Below, piece by piece: positions 22,931-33,400 of a stretch of 64,000 bases of DNA. The stretch is from Rebecca billardiae RCC1528 (Eukaryota; Protista; Haptophyta), in assembly GCA_965240325.2 (NCBI GenBank), contig OZ251222.1:4030001-4094000 (forward strand), written 5' to 3'. A model generated the notes under the pieces. That model was not told the DNA's origin. It did no database searches and saw nothing but the letters and a program-made list of their open reading frames with translations. Both the position numbers and the translations under genes were made by a program. The number at the start of each line of letters is the position of its first letter. Within the stretch, counting starts at the first letter, position 1.

Positions 22931-25771
22931 TCAGAGCGTCGCCGTGCATTCGAGCTGGACGACCGCGAGAGCCTCCGCCAGGCTACTTGCAAATGCCGCC
23001 GAGCAGCGCGAGACGCGCTCCTTGCACGCGCGCGCCGCAGCCTCAAACTGCACGCGCGCCGAGCAGACGTCGCGCTCGCGGTAGTACAGGCGGCGGCCCT
23101 CGTTGGCCATCCAGCGCGGCGGCAGCACGTCGCACGCGCACGCGCCGTCCTCGGCGGCAAACGCTTCGCGCAGCTGGCGCAGCTCCGCAGCCAGCTCCTC
23201 CTCGTCCGGCGAGTCGAGGCCGATCACGGCGGGCCCGCCGACGCGCGCGCCCGCGGGCGCGTCGCACACGCAGCCGCGCGTCGCCTCGACCTCCGGCCCC
23301 TCCGCGTCGAGGTACCGGCCGGCGTGCACGTAGAAGAACCAGGGCAGGCTCTGCGGCGGCACGCCCGCCTCCTGCAGCCACAGCGCCATCGAGACGTCCT
23401 CGCCCGCCACGCCGCCGGGCGCGCGCAGCCGGCCGGCGACGGCGCCGGCGGCCACCCAGCGCGCGAGCGGCGCTGAGAGTGCGTAGTGGATCCCCTGGTT
23501 GAACGGGGGCCACGCGCGCGCGCCGTACACCTCGGCGGGCACGAAGGCCTTGGAGCGCGGGTTGCGGTCGACGATGGCGCCGTGGCGCGCCGAGCCGATG
23601 TACGCGCGCGCCGACGCCTCGTGCGTCGCCGGGTGCTCCTCCAGCCGGCGCAGCAGCGTGGGCGTGTGCACAAACACGTCGTCGTCCGCCTTGAGCACCC
23701 AGCCGCTGGGGCACGCGCGCACCGCCCACGCGAGCGCGGCCAGCACCTTGCGCCACAGCTCCTGGTACGCGGCCGGGCCGTCCGCCACGTGCGCGAGGCG
23801 GACGACGTCGCCCGCGGCGTCGTCGGAGGGCGCGAGCGGCGGCGGCTCGGGCGTGCCGCTGCGGCCCTCCCCGACGAAGAAGCGCGCGGCCGCGTGCGCG
23901 CCCTCGCACCCCGCGCGCCAGGCCGCGCGCCCGCCGCCCCCCTCGGCGTCGCACGCGCCGTTCGTGTCCAGCACGCGGCCGGCCGCGCCGTGCGCGCCGC
24001 CGTCCGGTCTGAACCACGCGTGGCGCACGCGCTCGCGCCGCGCGGCGTTGCTCGGCGCGGTGATCACGGCGATGAAGACGGTCCACGGCTCGGGAGCGGA
24101 GGCTGCCCCGCCCGCGCTCGGGGGCTGCGCCGGCGCGCGCTCGGCGGCAGTCGGCGGCGGGAGGGCGCCGACGCCGCCGCCCTCCTCCGTCAGCGCGCGC
24201 GCGAGCGCGAGCCAGCGCATCCGCCGCTTGTCCGGGCCGCGCAGGCAGTCGTTGCTCAGCACGCGCTGGATCGGCGCGGGCGCGCTCGCGGCCGTCGCGT
24301 CCGCGAGCGCCTCGGCCTGCGCGCGCGTGCGCGGCACGGCGCCGCGCGCGTCCCGCAGCGTCCGCCACTCCGCGGCGCGCAGCCTGTCCGCGCGGCGCCA
24401 GAGCTGGCGCACGAGGCGTTGCAGGCGCTGCGACAGGCAGCCCGACTGCACGACCCGCGCGGCCCACGCCGCCGTCCCCGCCGGCGCCGCCTCGGCCGCG
24501 GCGAGCGCCTTGCGCGCGGCCGGCTCGAGCGATGCGCGCGGCCGCTGCGCGCACGCAGCCGTGAGCCGCCCATCCGCCGAGACGAGCAGCTCGAGCACGC
24601 GCGCGAACGGCTCGCGCGCGTACGCGAGCGCGGCGCGCGCGTTCGCGTCGATGTACGCGCGCTTCGCCTCGTAGTCCGCCAGCCGCAGCTCCGCGCTGCG
24701 CAGCGGCCCCGCCAGCAGCGCGCCCAGCTCGTCCGCGCCGCCGATCGCGTGCACGCCGCGCGGGTCAAAGAGCTGCGCGGCGCGCGGCGCTCCCCAGTAG
24801 ATCGGGACGGCGCGCGCGAGGAAGGCGTCGACGAGCTTCTCGGTGACCCACCACTCCTCGCGCGAGTTCTCGATCACCACGGTGTGCGTCGACTCGCGCA
24901 GGCACGCCTCGCGCTCCGCCGCCGACCACCTGCGCCCGTCCACGCCCGAGCCGCAGCCGCGCAGCGCCGCCGCCGCCGATCGCGCGCCCGCCGCGCCGGC
25001 CGGCTGCCCGCCAAACCGCTCCCAGATCGTGTGGCGGAGTTGGTGGCCCTCGAGCGAGCGCTTGCGCGAGAAGACGATCGAGACGGGCGCGTCCGCCGGG
25101 ATCGACTCGCGCGGCCGCTCCGCCACGGGCGCGCACACGGCGAGCTCGCACTTGCCCAGCGGGAAGGGCAGCACGGCGCTGACGCCGTCCGCGCGCGCGG
25201 CGCTCAGCAGACCTGCAGAGTGCGTGAGCACGACGTCGAAGTGCGCGCGGGTGCCGGGCTCCTCGACCATGCGCTGCGCGTTGGCGAAGCTCACGGACAG
25301 CGGCGAGACCGCCTCCGACTCCACGCGCAGCGCCACCTTGCAGTCCGCGCGCACGGCCGCGGCCGCCGCGAGCCTGAGGTCTGAGAAGACATCAGCGACA
25401 GTCGCCGGCCCCTCCTCGTCCTCGCGCGCGTCGAGCGCGGCGTCGTCGGCGGTGCGCGCGCCCTCGGGCCAGGAGGCGTTGTGGATCGCCACGCCGCTCG
25501 AGCGGAAGAGCTCGACGCCGTCGTACCGCGGCGCGTCCTCGTCAAAGCTGCCGTCGAGCACGCGCACCCATCGCACGCGCCGCCGCGTCCACTGCGGCTC
25601 GCCTGCTGTGCGCCAGTCCGCCGCCCGCGCGTCCTCCGCGGCGGGGGGGCCGAGGCGGGGCACGATCAGCGCGTTGGACGTCGCCGCCGCGCCATCGGCC
25701 TCCTCCCATGCCTCGTGCGACGCCGCGGCCGCGAGCAGCGCGCCGACGGCGACGAGTCGCACGACAGCCAT
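22931..25771 (-). CDS. Two-domain glycosyltransferase: GT10 (fucosyltransferase-like) + GT31 (beta-1,3-galactosyltransferase-like)
   Basis: N-terminal signal/anchor. GT10 signature VIENSREEWWVTEKLVDAFLARAVPIYWGAP. GT31 motifs RRERVRHAW, LKADDDVFV, WPPFNQGIHYALS and EDVSMALWL. Confidence 0.85.
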   Translation of the reverse strand: MAVVRLVAVGALLAAAASHEAWEEADGAAATSNALIVPRLGPPAAEDARAADWRTAGEPQWTRRRVRWVRVLDGSFDEDAPRYDGVELFRSSGVAIHNASWPEGARTADDAALDAREDEEGPATVADVFSDLRLAAAAAVRADCKVALRVESEAVSPLSVSFANAQRMVEEPGTRAHFDVVLTHSAGLLSAARADGVSAVLPFPLGKCELAVCAPVAERPRESIPADAPVSIVFSRKRSLEGHQLRHTIWERFGGQPAGAAGARSAAAALRGCGSGVDGRRWSAAEREACLRESTHTVVIENSREEWWVTEKLVDAFLARAVPIYWGAPRAAQLFDPRGVHAIGGADELGALLAGPLRSAELRLADYEAKRAYIDANARAALAYAREPFARVLELLVSADGRLTAACAQRPRASLEPAARKALAAAEAAPAGTAAWAARVVQSGCLSQRLQRLVRQLWRRADRLRAAEWRTLRDARGAVPRTRAQAEALADATAASAPAPIQRVLSNDCLRGPDKRRMRWLALARALTEEGGGVGALPPPTAAERAPAQPPSAGGAASAPEPWTVFIAVITAPSNAARRERVRHAWFRPDGGAHGAAGRVLDTNGACDAEGGGGRAAWRAGCEGAHAAARFFVGEGRSGTPEPPPLAPSDDAAGDVVRLAHVADGPAAYQELWRKVLAALAWAVRACPSGWVLKADDDVFVHTPTLLRRLEEHPATHEASARAYIGSARHGAIVDRNPRSKAFVPAEVYGARAWPPFNQGIHYALSAPLARWVAAGAVAGRLRAPGGVAGEDVSMALWLQEAGVPPQSLPWFFYVHAGRYLDAEGPEVEATRGCVCDAPAGARVGGPAVIGLDSPDEEELAAELRQLREAFAAEDGACACDVLPPRWMANEGRRLYYRERDVCSARVQFEAAARACKERVSRCSAAFASSLAEALAVVQLECTATL

Positions 25772-25825
25772 TGTGGGGCTTGACCTCCGCGGTAATCGCG
25801 CCCGCCGCCCGCGTGCAAAGGCATA

Positions 25826-28303
25826 AGGCTGTCTTGACGAACCCGAGTCGGCTCAGTAGTTGGAGGAATGCGGGCCGCTCCCCAAAACGACGAAACTTGA
25901 AAGCCAAGCGCGATGACGGACGTCGGTGCGCCCTCCTGACCGACCCGGCGCTGCCTCGCCGCTGCTTTCGAGGCATGGGGCGGGCTGGTGCACGCTCTGA
26001 GGGGCGACGATGAGGGTGAAGTGTATCGTCTGGCCGTACGGTGCGTCCGTGCTCACGCCAGCTGCCGTGGCGCGCTCTTGCAGCCGGCCGCGACAGATGT
26101 TTGCGAGATCTCTCGGCGACGGATGCGGGGCCGCGCCGGTGGGTACATTCGCGAGAGCGTGAGCGTTGGGTGCCAGTGGATTGCGCGGGTGGGCATTCGT
26201 GCATCGGGACGCCACGTCCCGTCCAGTCCAAGCCACTGGGCTCGACACTGCCCCGGCAGGAGCTGCCCTTGGCGTAGCTGGTGCAAGGCCAGCTTGCATG
26301 CTTGCATTCAACAGTGAGGGGGGCAAAAGCGGTGGGTGCGGAAGCCAGGCGACGTGCGCGTCTGTCACGATCAGGTGTGATATGTGAGTCGCACCGCGAG
26401 GGCGCCTTGCTGTTGGCACGGCGCTAGACATGGGCGTGTTGAGACTGCCGACACGAGCGCACAAGCTAGGCGTCCATTAGCAGCACGTGGTCTCATGCTC
26501 AAGGCAGCACTACCTGGTCGGGATCCCGAGCGGGACTAGGCGGCGCCATGAGGCACGCGTCATTGGTACGAAACTGCGGCATAGGCTGTGCTCATCCGGG
26601 CGCGAGCACATGGCTCGCCGCTCGGCGGCGGTGCGCTCCGCAACGCAAAGCACAGTCCGGTCAACTGCGAGCGTCATGGGCTGCGTGGGCCGGACGGCAC
26701 GCTTGGGAGCGCATAGGTCTGACCGGAAAGTCGGGCGCTGCTGACGCTGCGCGGTAGTGCTTGGGTTGTGACAAGTGAAGCGGCAAGCGGCGAGGCCAGC
26801 AAGCAGTTGGCGGCACGAGCAGCACAGGCACGCTAGGCTCAAGGCTGGCCAAGCCGGGCCAGTGACTCGTCGCTTGCTGAATGCTGGCGATAGCCGCTGA
26901 TGATGGATCTGAATTGGGCGCCTACCTGAAGCGTGATGCTCTAGCTGCTGCTAGTTGATGGAGTATACCTCGCCGGCGAGTCTAGATTCAGTTGCAGGTA
27001 GACGCTACTGCTGCCACGTCATTGAGCTGGTCACCCGCGGTCCAACCGCGACTGGCTGACACGCCGTAAGCCGCGCCGCCGCTGCACTCACTACTCCGAA
27101 GGCGATGCAACCGTATTGCCGAGCACTGTTGTCGGTGCCCTGATCGACGAGCTCGACCCCAGGCTGGCCATGGCGCGGGTCGAAGCCGAGCCCACGATCA
27201 AGCCGCGGTGCCACCGTATCGACTGCGGGCGCCAGTGCACGAGTGCTGCGTACAGCCCGCCTGGGCTGCCCCTGCTGCGCTGCCGCCATCAGCTCCGGAA
27301 GGTGGCAGAGGCCGGAGCGGGTTAGGTGAAGATGGCGCTGGAGTAAGTGCACGCAGTCCTCCAGCACATGTGCCACAGCAGGCTGGTTGTCGAGGCCGCA
27401 TTCGACTTGATGCACGGCTGCTGTAGTGCACACCTAGTTTGGAGCACTGGTGACAGAAGCCCAGCGCGCTCGGAGTGCTGCGCACACAGCTGGCAGCGGC
27501 CGCAGCAGCAGCTGCCACTGCTTTCGCGCCAAAAGGACGACTGCGGTGGAGTAGGTCGGCATAGGGGTGCTCTCCACCTCACCGCCCAGCGAGCATGCAG
27601 GCGGTGCTGCCGCATACCGCGCTGTCGGCAGCAATGCAGCGAGCTCTGCGCCGGTGCTGCGCGCAAGCCCTCGTTTAGCGCCGTGCCGCCAGCCAGCAAG
27701 GCGCCCTCGCGGTGCGACTCACATATCACTCCTGATCGGGACAGACGCGCACGTCGCCTGGCTTCCGCACCCACCGCTTTTGGCCCCCTCACTGTTGAAT
27801 GCACGCTTGCGAGCTGGCCTTGCATCAGCTGCGCCAAGGGCAGCTCCTGCCGGGGCAGTGTCGAGCCCAGTAGCTTGGAGTGGACGGGACGTGGCGTCCC
27901 GATGCACGAATGCCCGTCCGAGCAATCCACAGGCACCCAACGCTCACGCTCTCGCGAATGTACCCACCGGCGCGGCCCCGCATCCGTCGCCGAGAGATCT
28001 CGCAAACATCTGTCGCGGCCGGCTGCAAGAGCGCGCCACGGCAGCTGGCGTGAGCACGGACGCACCGTACGGCCAGACGATACACTTCACCCTCATCGTC
28101 GCCCCTCAGAGCGTGCACCAGCCCGCCCCATGCCTCGAAAGCAGCGGCGAGGCAGCGCCGGGTCGGTCAGGAGGGCGCACCGACGTCCGTCATCGCGCTT
28201 GGCTTTCAAGTTTCGTCGTTTTGGGGAGCTACCCGCATGGCGAATACTGGGGCTGTGTCGCTCTAGTCAGTATCGTCAGTTCTCCGCTTCGTCAAGACAG
28301 CCT
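25826..28303. mobile_element. Foldback-like non-autonomous DNA transposon (2,478 bp) with bipartite inverted repeats
   Basis: Termini TA|AGGCTGTCTTGACGAA...TTCGTCAAGACAGCCT|TA (TA TSD; an AT TSD is also possible). Internal ~560-bp inverted repeat 25868-26426 vs 27676-28238. No recognisable transposase. Confidence 0.85.
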
Positions 28304-28418
28304 TATCAGCACTTCTGAGACGAAACCCGGCAAGAGCAGCGAGCGCCCTGCCGGCGGCGGCGGGGACTGGGGCGCCAGGTGGACGGGCGCCGGGCGTCGG
28401 GGGTGGTCGGCGCGCAGG

Positions 28419-30206
28419 ATGAGTGGCGAGCGCGCGGGCGGGGTGGTCCGTCGGGACTCGGGCTCCCCTGTCGTTCGCGCCAGGCGCGCGGCCGCCGGCG
28501 ACGCGTTCATCCCGCTCCGCTCAGCGTCCGACCCGAACCTTCACGGCGGCTTCTTCGATGCGCGCGGCAGCGACGAGGACGAGTTCCGCGGGGTGGATCG
28601 GGCGCGCGCGTACGCGCTGCGGCGGCTGGGCACGGAGTCCGCCAGGCTTCTCGCCGAGGCGCGGCACGCGTCGGTCGAGCGGCTGCGCCGCGAGCGGCCC
28701 GTGCCGACCGGGCTGCTCCTCGTGCTGCTCATCACCATCTCGTGCCTTGCGCTGCGCGAGGTGGTGTGGGCGATCACGCACCAGCGGCAGTACGAGGAGT
28801 TCCGCGACTACGTGCAGGCGGAGTGCGCGAGCGACCGCCCCTGGATGCACGAGTCCATCCTGTGCCAGTCCGCGCAGGGCAACTGGATCGCGCGCGAGCT
28901 CGCGCGCGCCAAGCTGCACGAGAGGGACGCGGACCACTGCGCCTCGGGCTCGGCGCTGCACCGCGCGCCCGTGCGGCTCGACGGCTGCCGCTCGGCGCCG
29001 TGCCCCGCGTCGGGCCTCTCCTCCGCGCTCAACTGGCTCGTCCGCGACCGCCGCTCGCCCATCAACAAGCTGCACTTCCTGCTGCCGATCAAGGGCAAGC
29101 TGCGCACGATCCTGCTCGGGCTGGCCAACGGCACGATGCCGCTCTCCGAGCTCAACCGGCGCGTGCTCGAGTTCCCGCAGCCGGCGCGCACGTGGGCGCT
29201 GCCGCAGTTCGTCTACCCGCACCTGCGCGACTGGGGCGTCGTCATCGCCGACGCGCCGCTCCCGCCGCCGGAGCCGTGCCCCTGCTCCCGCTTCGAGACG
29301 TGCGTGTGCCGCTTCCCGTATGATATGGTGGCGTGCTCCATCCCGTCTGCGCGGGCGAAGATGCTGACGGACGGGGTGAGCCTGCCCACCGACGCGGACG
29401 AGACGTCGTGGTCCGACTGGGTCTCGCAGCTCACCGAGCAGCTCCACCCGCAGCGCCTCAGCGACACGCTGGACACGCTCGCGCTCGCCCTCGGCACGCC
29501 GATGGAGCGGTTCGTCTCGCGCATGCTGCGGCGCGCAGACAACATCTACCGCGAGTACAACAGCGCGGAGGCGCTCGCGATCCCGCCGCCGGCGGCGCCG
29601 CCGCCGCCGCCCAGGCGCTCGGCCTGGCTGCTCGGCTGGGTGCCCGGCTGGGGCCGAGGCGCGGCGGGCAGTGCGACCGCGGCCGCGGCCGCACCGCCCT
29701 CGCCCGCGGCGGCGCCGCGGCCCGCGCCGCCGGCCTCGACTGCGGCGCTCCTGGCGGCGGTGGCCTCGTCGGTGCCCCCGTGGCTCGGCGAGTGGCTTCC
29801 GGACTGGCGCGACTACGTGAGCAGCATGTACTCGCCGATGGTCGGCGCGCAGCCGCCCAGCCCCGCGCCGGCAGACGCGGCCGAGTCGGCTGCGGCCGCA
29901 TCGCGCGGCGCGGGGGGCGCGGCGCCACCGCCCGGCCGGGGCGGCCCGGCCGGCGCGGGCACGCTGGCGAGCGGCGCTCGGGGAGGGCGCGCCGATGAGG
30001 CGGTGAGAGGGTCAGCGACGGCGCGGCCGCCTCGCTCGCCGGCCGCGCGCTCGAGGGCACCACCGGCGCTGCGGCTGCCGTCGCCCTCGAGCGGCGGCGG
30101 CCGTGGGCGCGGCTTTGGCTGGCTGCCTGGCTGGCTGCACGTGGGCGGCGCCGGTGCGCACGGAAGGCGGCACCCTACTACCGCTACTACGGTCGTGAGC
30201 AAATGA
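28419..30206 (+). CDS. Hypothetical type II membrane protein with Cys-containing luminal region and Pro/Ala-rich tail
   Basis: Coding-like codon usage begins at ATG 28419 (MSGERAGG). TM segment GLLLVLLITISCLAL. Family not recognised. Confidence 0.7.
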   Translation: MSGERAGGVVRRDSGSPVVRARRAAAGDAFIPLRSASDPNLHGGFFDARGSDEDEFRGVDRARAYALRRLGTESARLLAEARHASVERLRRERPVPTGLLLVLLITISCLALREVVWAITHQRQYEEFRDYVQAECASDRPWMHESILCQSAQGNWIARELARAKLHERDADHCASGSALHRAPVRLDGCRSAPCPASGLSSALNWLVRDRRSPINKLHFLLPIKGKLRTILLGLANGTMPLSELNRRVLEFPQPARTWALPQFVYPHLRDWGVVIADAPLPPPEPCPCSRFETCVCRFPYDMVACSIPSARAKMLTDGVSLPTDADETSWSDWVSQLTEQLHPQRLSDTLDTLALALGTPMERFVSRMLRRADNIYREYNSAEALAIPPPAAPPPPPRRSAWLLGWVPGWGRGAAGSATAAAAAPPSPAAAPRPAPPASTAALLAAVASSVPPWLGEWLPDWRDYVSSMYSPMVGAQPPSPAPADAAESAAAASRGAGGAAPPPGRGGPAGAGTLASGARGGRADEAVRGSATARPPRSPAARSRAPPALRLPSPSSGGGRGRGFGWLPGWLHVGGAGAHGRRHPTTATTVVSK

Positions 30207-30441
30207 TGATCGATATACGACGCCCCTCATGGATCGCGACAGTGCGGCGTCACGAGTGGCTCATTACGCTCTGTCGCGCGTCGCTTTGTCAACGCGTCGA
30301 TTAAACTCTCGCCTGCCTGAGCTGTGTGCGTCTCTTATTCTTAGTAAACTGTACAAGCGGAAGATGACGAACCATAGCAGCAAACGGGCGGACCGGGCTC
30401 CAGCACAGCTGCAAACCGGACTCGCAGAACACGGTCGCACG

Positions 30442-33400
30442 ATGCAGGCCGCGCTGCGCGCGGCGGGTGCCTGCCGGCTGGTCGCCCGGCGGGGTGCGTG
30501 CACACCGCGCCCGGCGCTGGCCACGGCCGCGCGCTGGCACCTGGCCGCCCCCGCGCGCCCCTCGAGCGCAGCGCAGGCGCACGCCGCCGAGCCAGCCTCG
30601 CCCTCGCCGTTCGGCTGGCAGCTCGACCGCGCGCAGACGACGTCGCACGTGCTGCGCGTGTGGAGCGACCGCTCGAGCGCGTTCGCGCCGTCCGACTACG
30701 CGCGCGCGGTCCGGCGCCTGGTGCGCACGGCGTGCAACGCCCCCGAGCTCCGGCGCGACCTGCGCTTCAGGCAGCTGGTCGCCGAGCTCGCCTCCCAGCT
30801 GGACGCGCGCGCCGAGGCGTTCGACGGGCGCTCGCTCGCGCAGCTCGCGAGCTCGCTGGTCAAGCTGGACCCGATCTCCGCCGAGGCGAAGCTCGCCCTG
30901 CGCGCCATCGCGCACACCGCGCGCGAGCGCGCGCCCGCGTTCGACGGCGGCGCGCTCTCGACGCTGGCGGTCGCGTTCGCGTCCGCGCGCGTGCCGGGGC
31001 GCGGCGCGCTGTACGACGCGCTCGAGACGGCCGTGCTGGGCCGCGTGGCCGAGCTCGACGGGCGCGCGCTCGCCAACCTGCCGTGGGCGTTCCGCCGCGC
31101 CGGCGTGCCCGCGCCGCGCCTGCACGCCGCGCTCGCGCCCGCGTGCACGCGCGCGCGCGTCGCCAGCCTGCGCGAGGGCGAGCTTGCCATGCTGGCGTGG
31201 GCGTACGGCCAGTGCGCCGAGGGCGCGGGGCGCTCGAGCGCGGCGCGCGTGCTGGACGAGGTGGCGCGCGCCGCCGAGCCGCGGATGGCGGGCCTGCACC
31301 CGCGCAACGTCTCGACCATCGCGCTCGCGCTCGCGCGCGCCGGTGGCGGCGCCGGCGGCAGCGACGCCGCGCGCGCGTGCCTCCGCGCCGCGGCCGCGCA
31401 GCTGCGCGCGCGCGCCGACGGCTTCGACACGCAGGGGCTGGCCAACACGGCGTGGGCGCTGGCGAAGGGCGGGTGCGGCGACATGCGCGCGTTCACCCGC
31501 GTCGCCGAGGTCGCGATCTGCCGGCTGCCCTCCATGCGGCCGGACGAGATGTGCATGCTCGCGCGCGCGCTCGCCACAGCGGCGACGGGCCACGCGGCGG
31601 CGGCGCGCGGCGCGCACGCCGCCGCGCCCGGGCCGGACGCGGGCGTGGAGCCGAGGGCGCGCGCCGTGCCGCCGCCGCTGCGCGCGCTCGTGAGCGCGGT
31701 CGCGCGCCGCGCCGGCTCCCCGGCCGAGAGCCTGCGCCCGGCCGAGCGCGCCGCCGTCGCGTGGGCGCTCGCGAGCGTCGGCGTGGGCGAGGCCGAGCGC
31801 GGCGCGTTTGACTCTCTCGCGCGCGCGGCCGCGCGGCACGCGGCCGAGCTGCGGCCGCACGAGCTCGCGCAGCTGTGCTGGGCGTGCGCGAGCGCCGGCG
31901 GCGCGCCGGCGGACGCGGTGGGCGCGCTCGCGCGCGCGTGCGCGGACGTGGCCGACGCGCGGCTGCAGCCGCAGCACCTGAGCACGCTGCTGTGGGCGTG
32001 GGCGCGGCTGGCGCGGCGCGACGGCTGCCGGAGCGCGGCGGAGGAGCAGACGCTGTTGCGCCTCGCGCGCGCGTGCGAGGCTGGCGTGGGCGCGCTCTCG
32101 CCCGCGCAGCTCGCCACCGCCGTGTGGGCGCTCAGCCGGCAGGATGAGCAGCAGCAGCAGCAGCAGCCGGCATGGCCGCCTGCCGCGCGCGCGCCGGGCG
32201 ACCGCCCGGCGGCGCGCGCGGACTGGGCGGTCGCGGCGGGGGCGGCGGGCGCGGGCGCCGATGGCGCGGCGTTCCGTGCCGCGGCAGTGCCGACTGGCGC
32301 GAGCGCCGCGCTGCGCTCGAGCCCGAGCGCGCCCGGCCCGGACGGCACGGCGCGCGGCCGCGCCCTTGCCGCCCTCGGCGCGCGCGCGCAGGCCGTGGTG
32401 CCGGCCATGGCCCCCAACCAGCTCGCCTCCGCGGCCGAAGCCTTCGCGACCGCGGGCGTGCGCGCGCCCGCGCTGTATGGCGCCATCGCGGCGCGTGCCG
32501 CCGAGTGCCTCGACCGCTTCGAGCCCCGGCACCTCCGGCCGCTGGCGTGGGGGCTGGCGAGCGGTGCGGCGGGCGCGCAGCCGCCGCTGCATCTCCTCCG
32601 GCGCGTGGGCGAGCGCGCCCTGCGCGAGCGCGCGCGCCTCAGCCTGTACGAGCTGGCGGGCATCGCGCGCGCACTCTCGTGCGCCCTCGGCGCGCCCGCG
32701 CCGCTCGAGGCGGAGTCGGCGCACGCTCGGCACACACCGCCGCACGCCGATGACGGCGTGGGCCTGGCGCCGGGCGGCTCGGGGGAGCGAGCCGGCGGCA
32801 GCGCGCACAGCAGCGGCGCAGGCACGGACGAGCGCGCGCCGCTCATCGCCCTCCGAGCCTCGCTCGACCGGCTGGGCGCCGAAGCGGCGCCGCGCGTCGA
32901 CGCGCTGCGCGCGCGCGCGTCGCGCGCGCGGCTGGGCGCGGCGGAGGAGAGGCGAGCGGCGCGCATCGCCGTCGACCTCGCCTCGGCGTTTGCGCACGCG
33001 CCCGACCCCCCGCTGCCGCTGCTCTGCGCCTCGGCCGCCCTCGGCGCGGCGGTCGCCCCGGCCCTGCGCGGCCACGAGGCCAGCCGGCTGGCGTGGGCGC
33101 TGGCGAGTGCGCGCGTCTCCGCGCCGACCGTGCAGCGCGCGCTCGGCGCGCGGCTGACAGAGCACGCGCGCGCGTCCGAGCTCGAGCCGGAGCAGATGCT
33201 GCACGTCGCGTGGGCGTACGCGCGCACGGGCGAGGCGGCGCCCGAGCTCCTCGACGCACTCGCCGCGAGCGCGCGCGAGCGCGCGTGCGTGCCGCGGCTG
33301 CGCGCGCGCGCGCTGTGCGTGTGGCTGTGGGCGTATGCCGTGCAGGGCGGCACCGCGCGCGCCGCGCGCGAGCCGCTGCTCAGCGCGCTCTGGGCGCAGG

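Noticed and set aside
26430-27670. Possible transposase remnant in the foldback core
   Set aside because: Only short ORFs and no DDE/DDD or HTH motif that I can recognise.
27567-28418. 284-codon N-terminal extension of the 28419 gene running through the transposon arm
   Set aside because: Non-ATG start inside an inverted repeat and no coding-like codon bias; long open frames are expected at this GC content.
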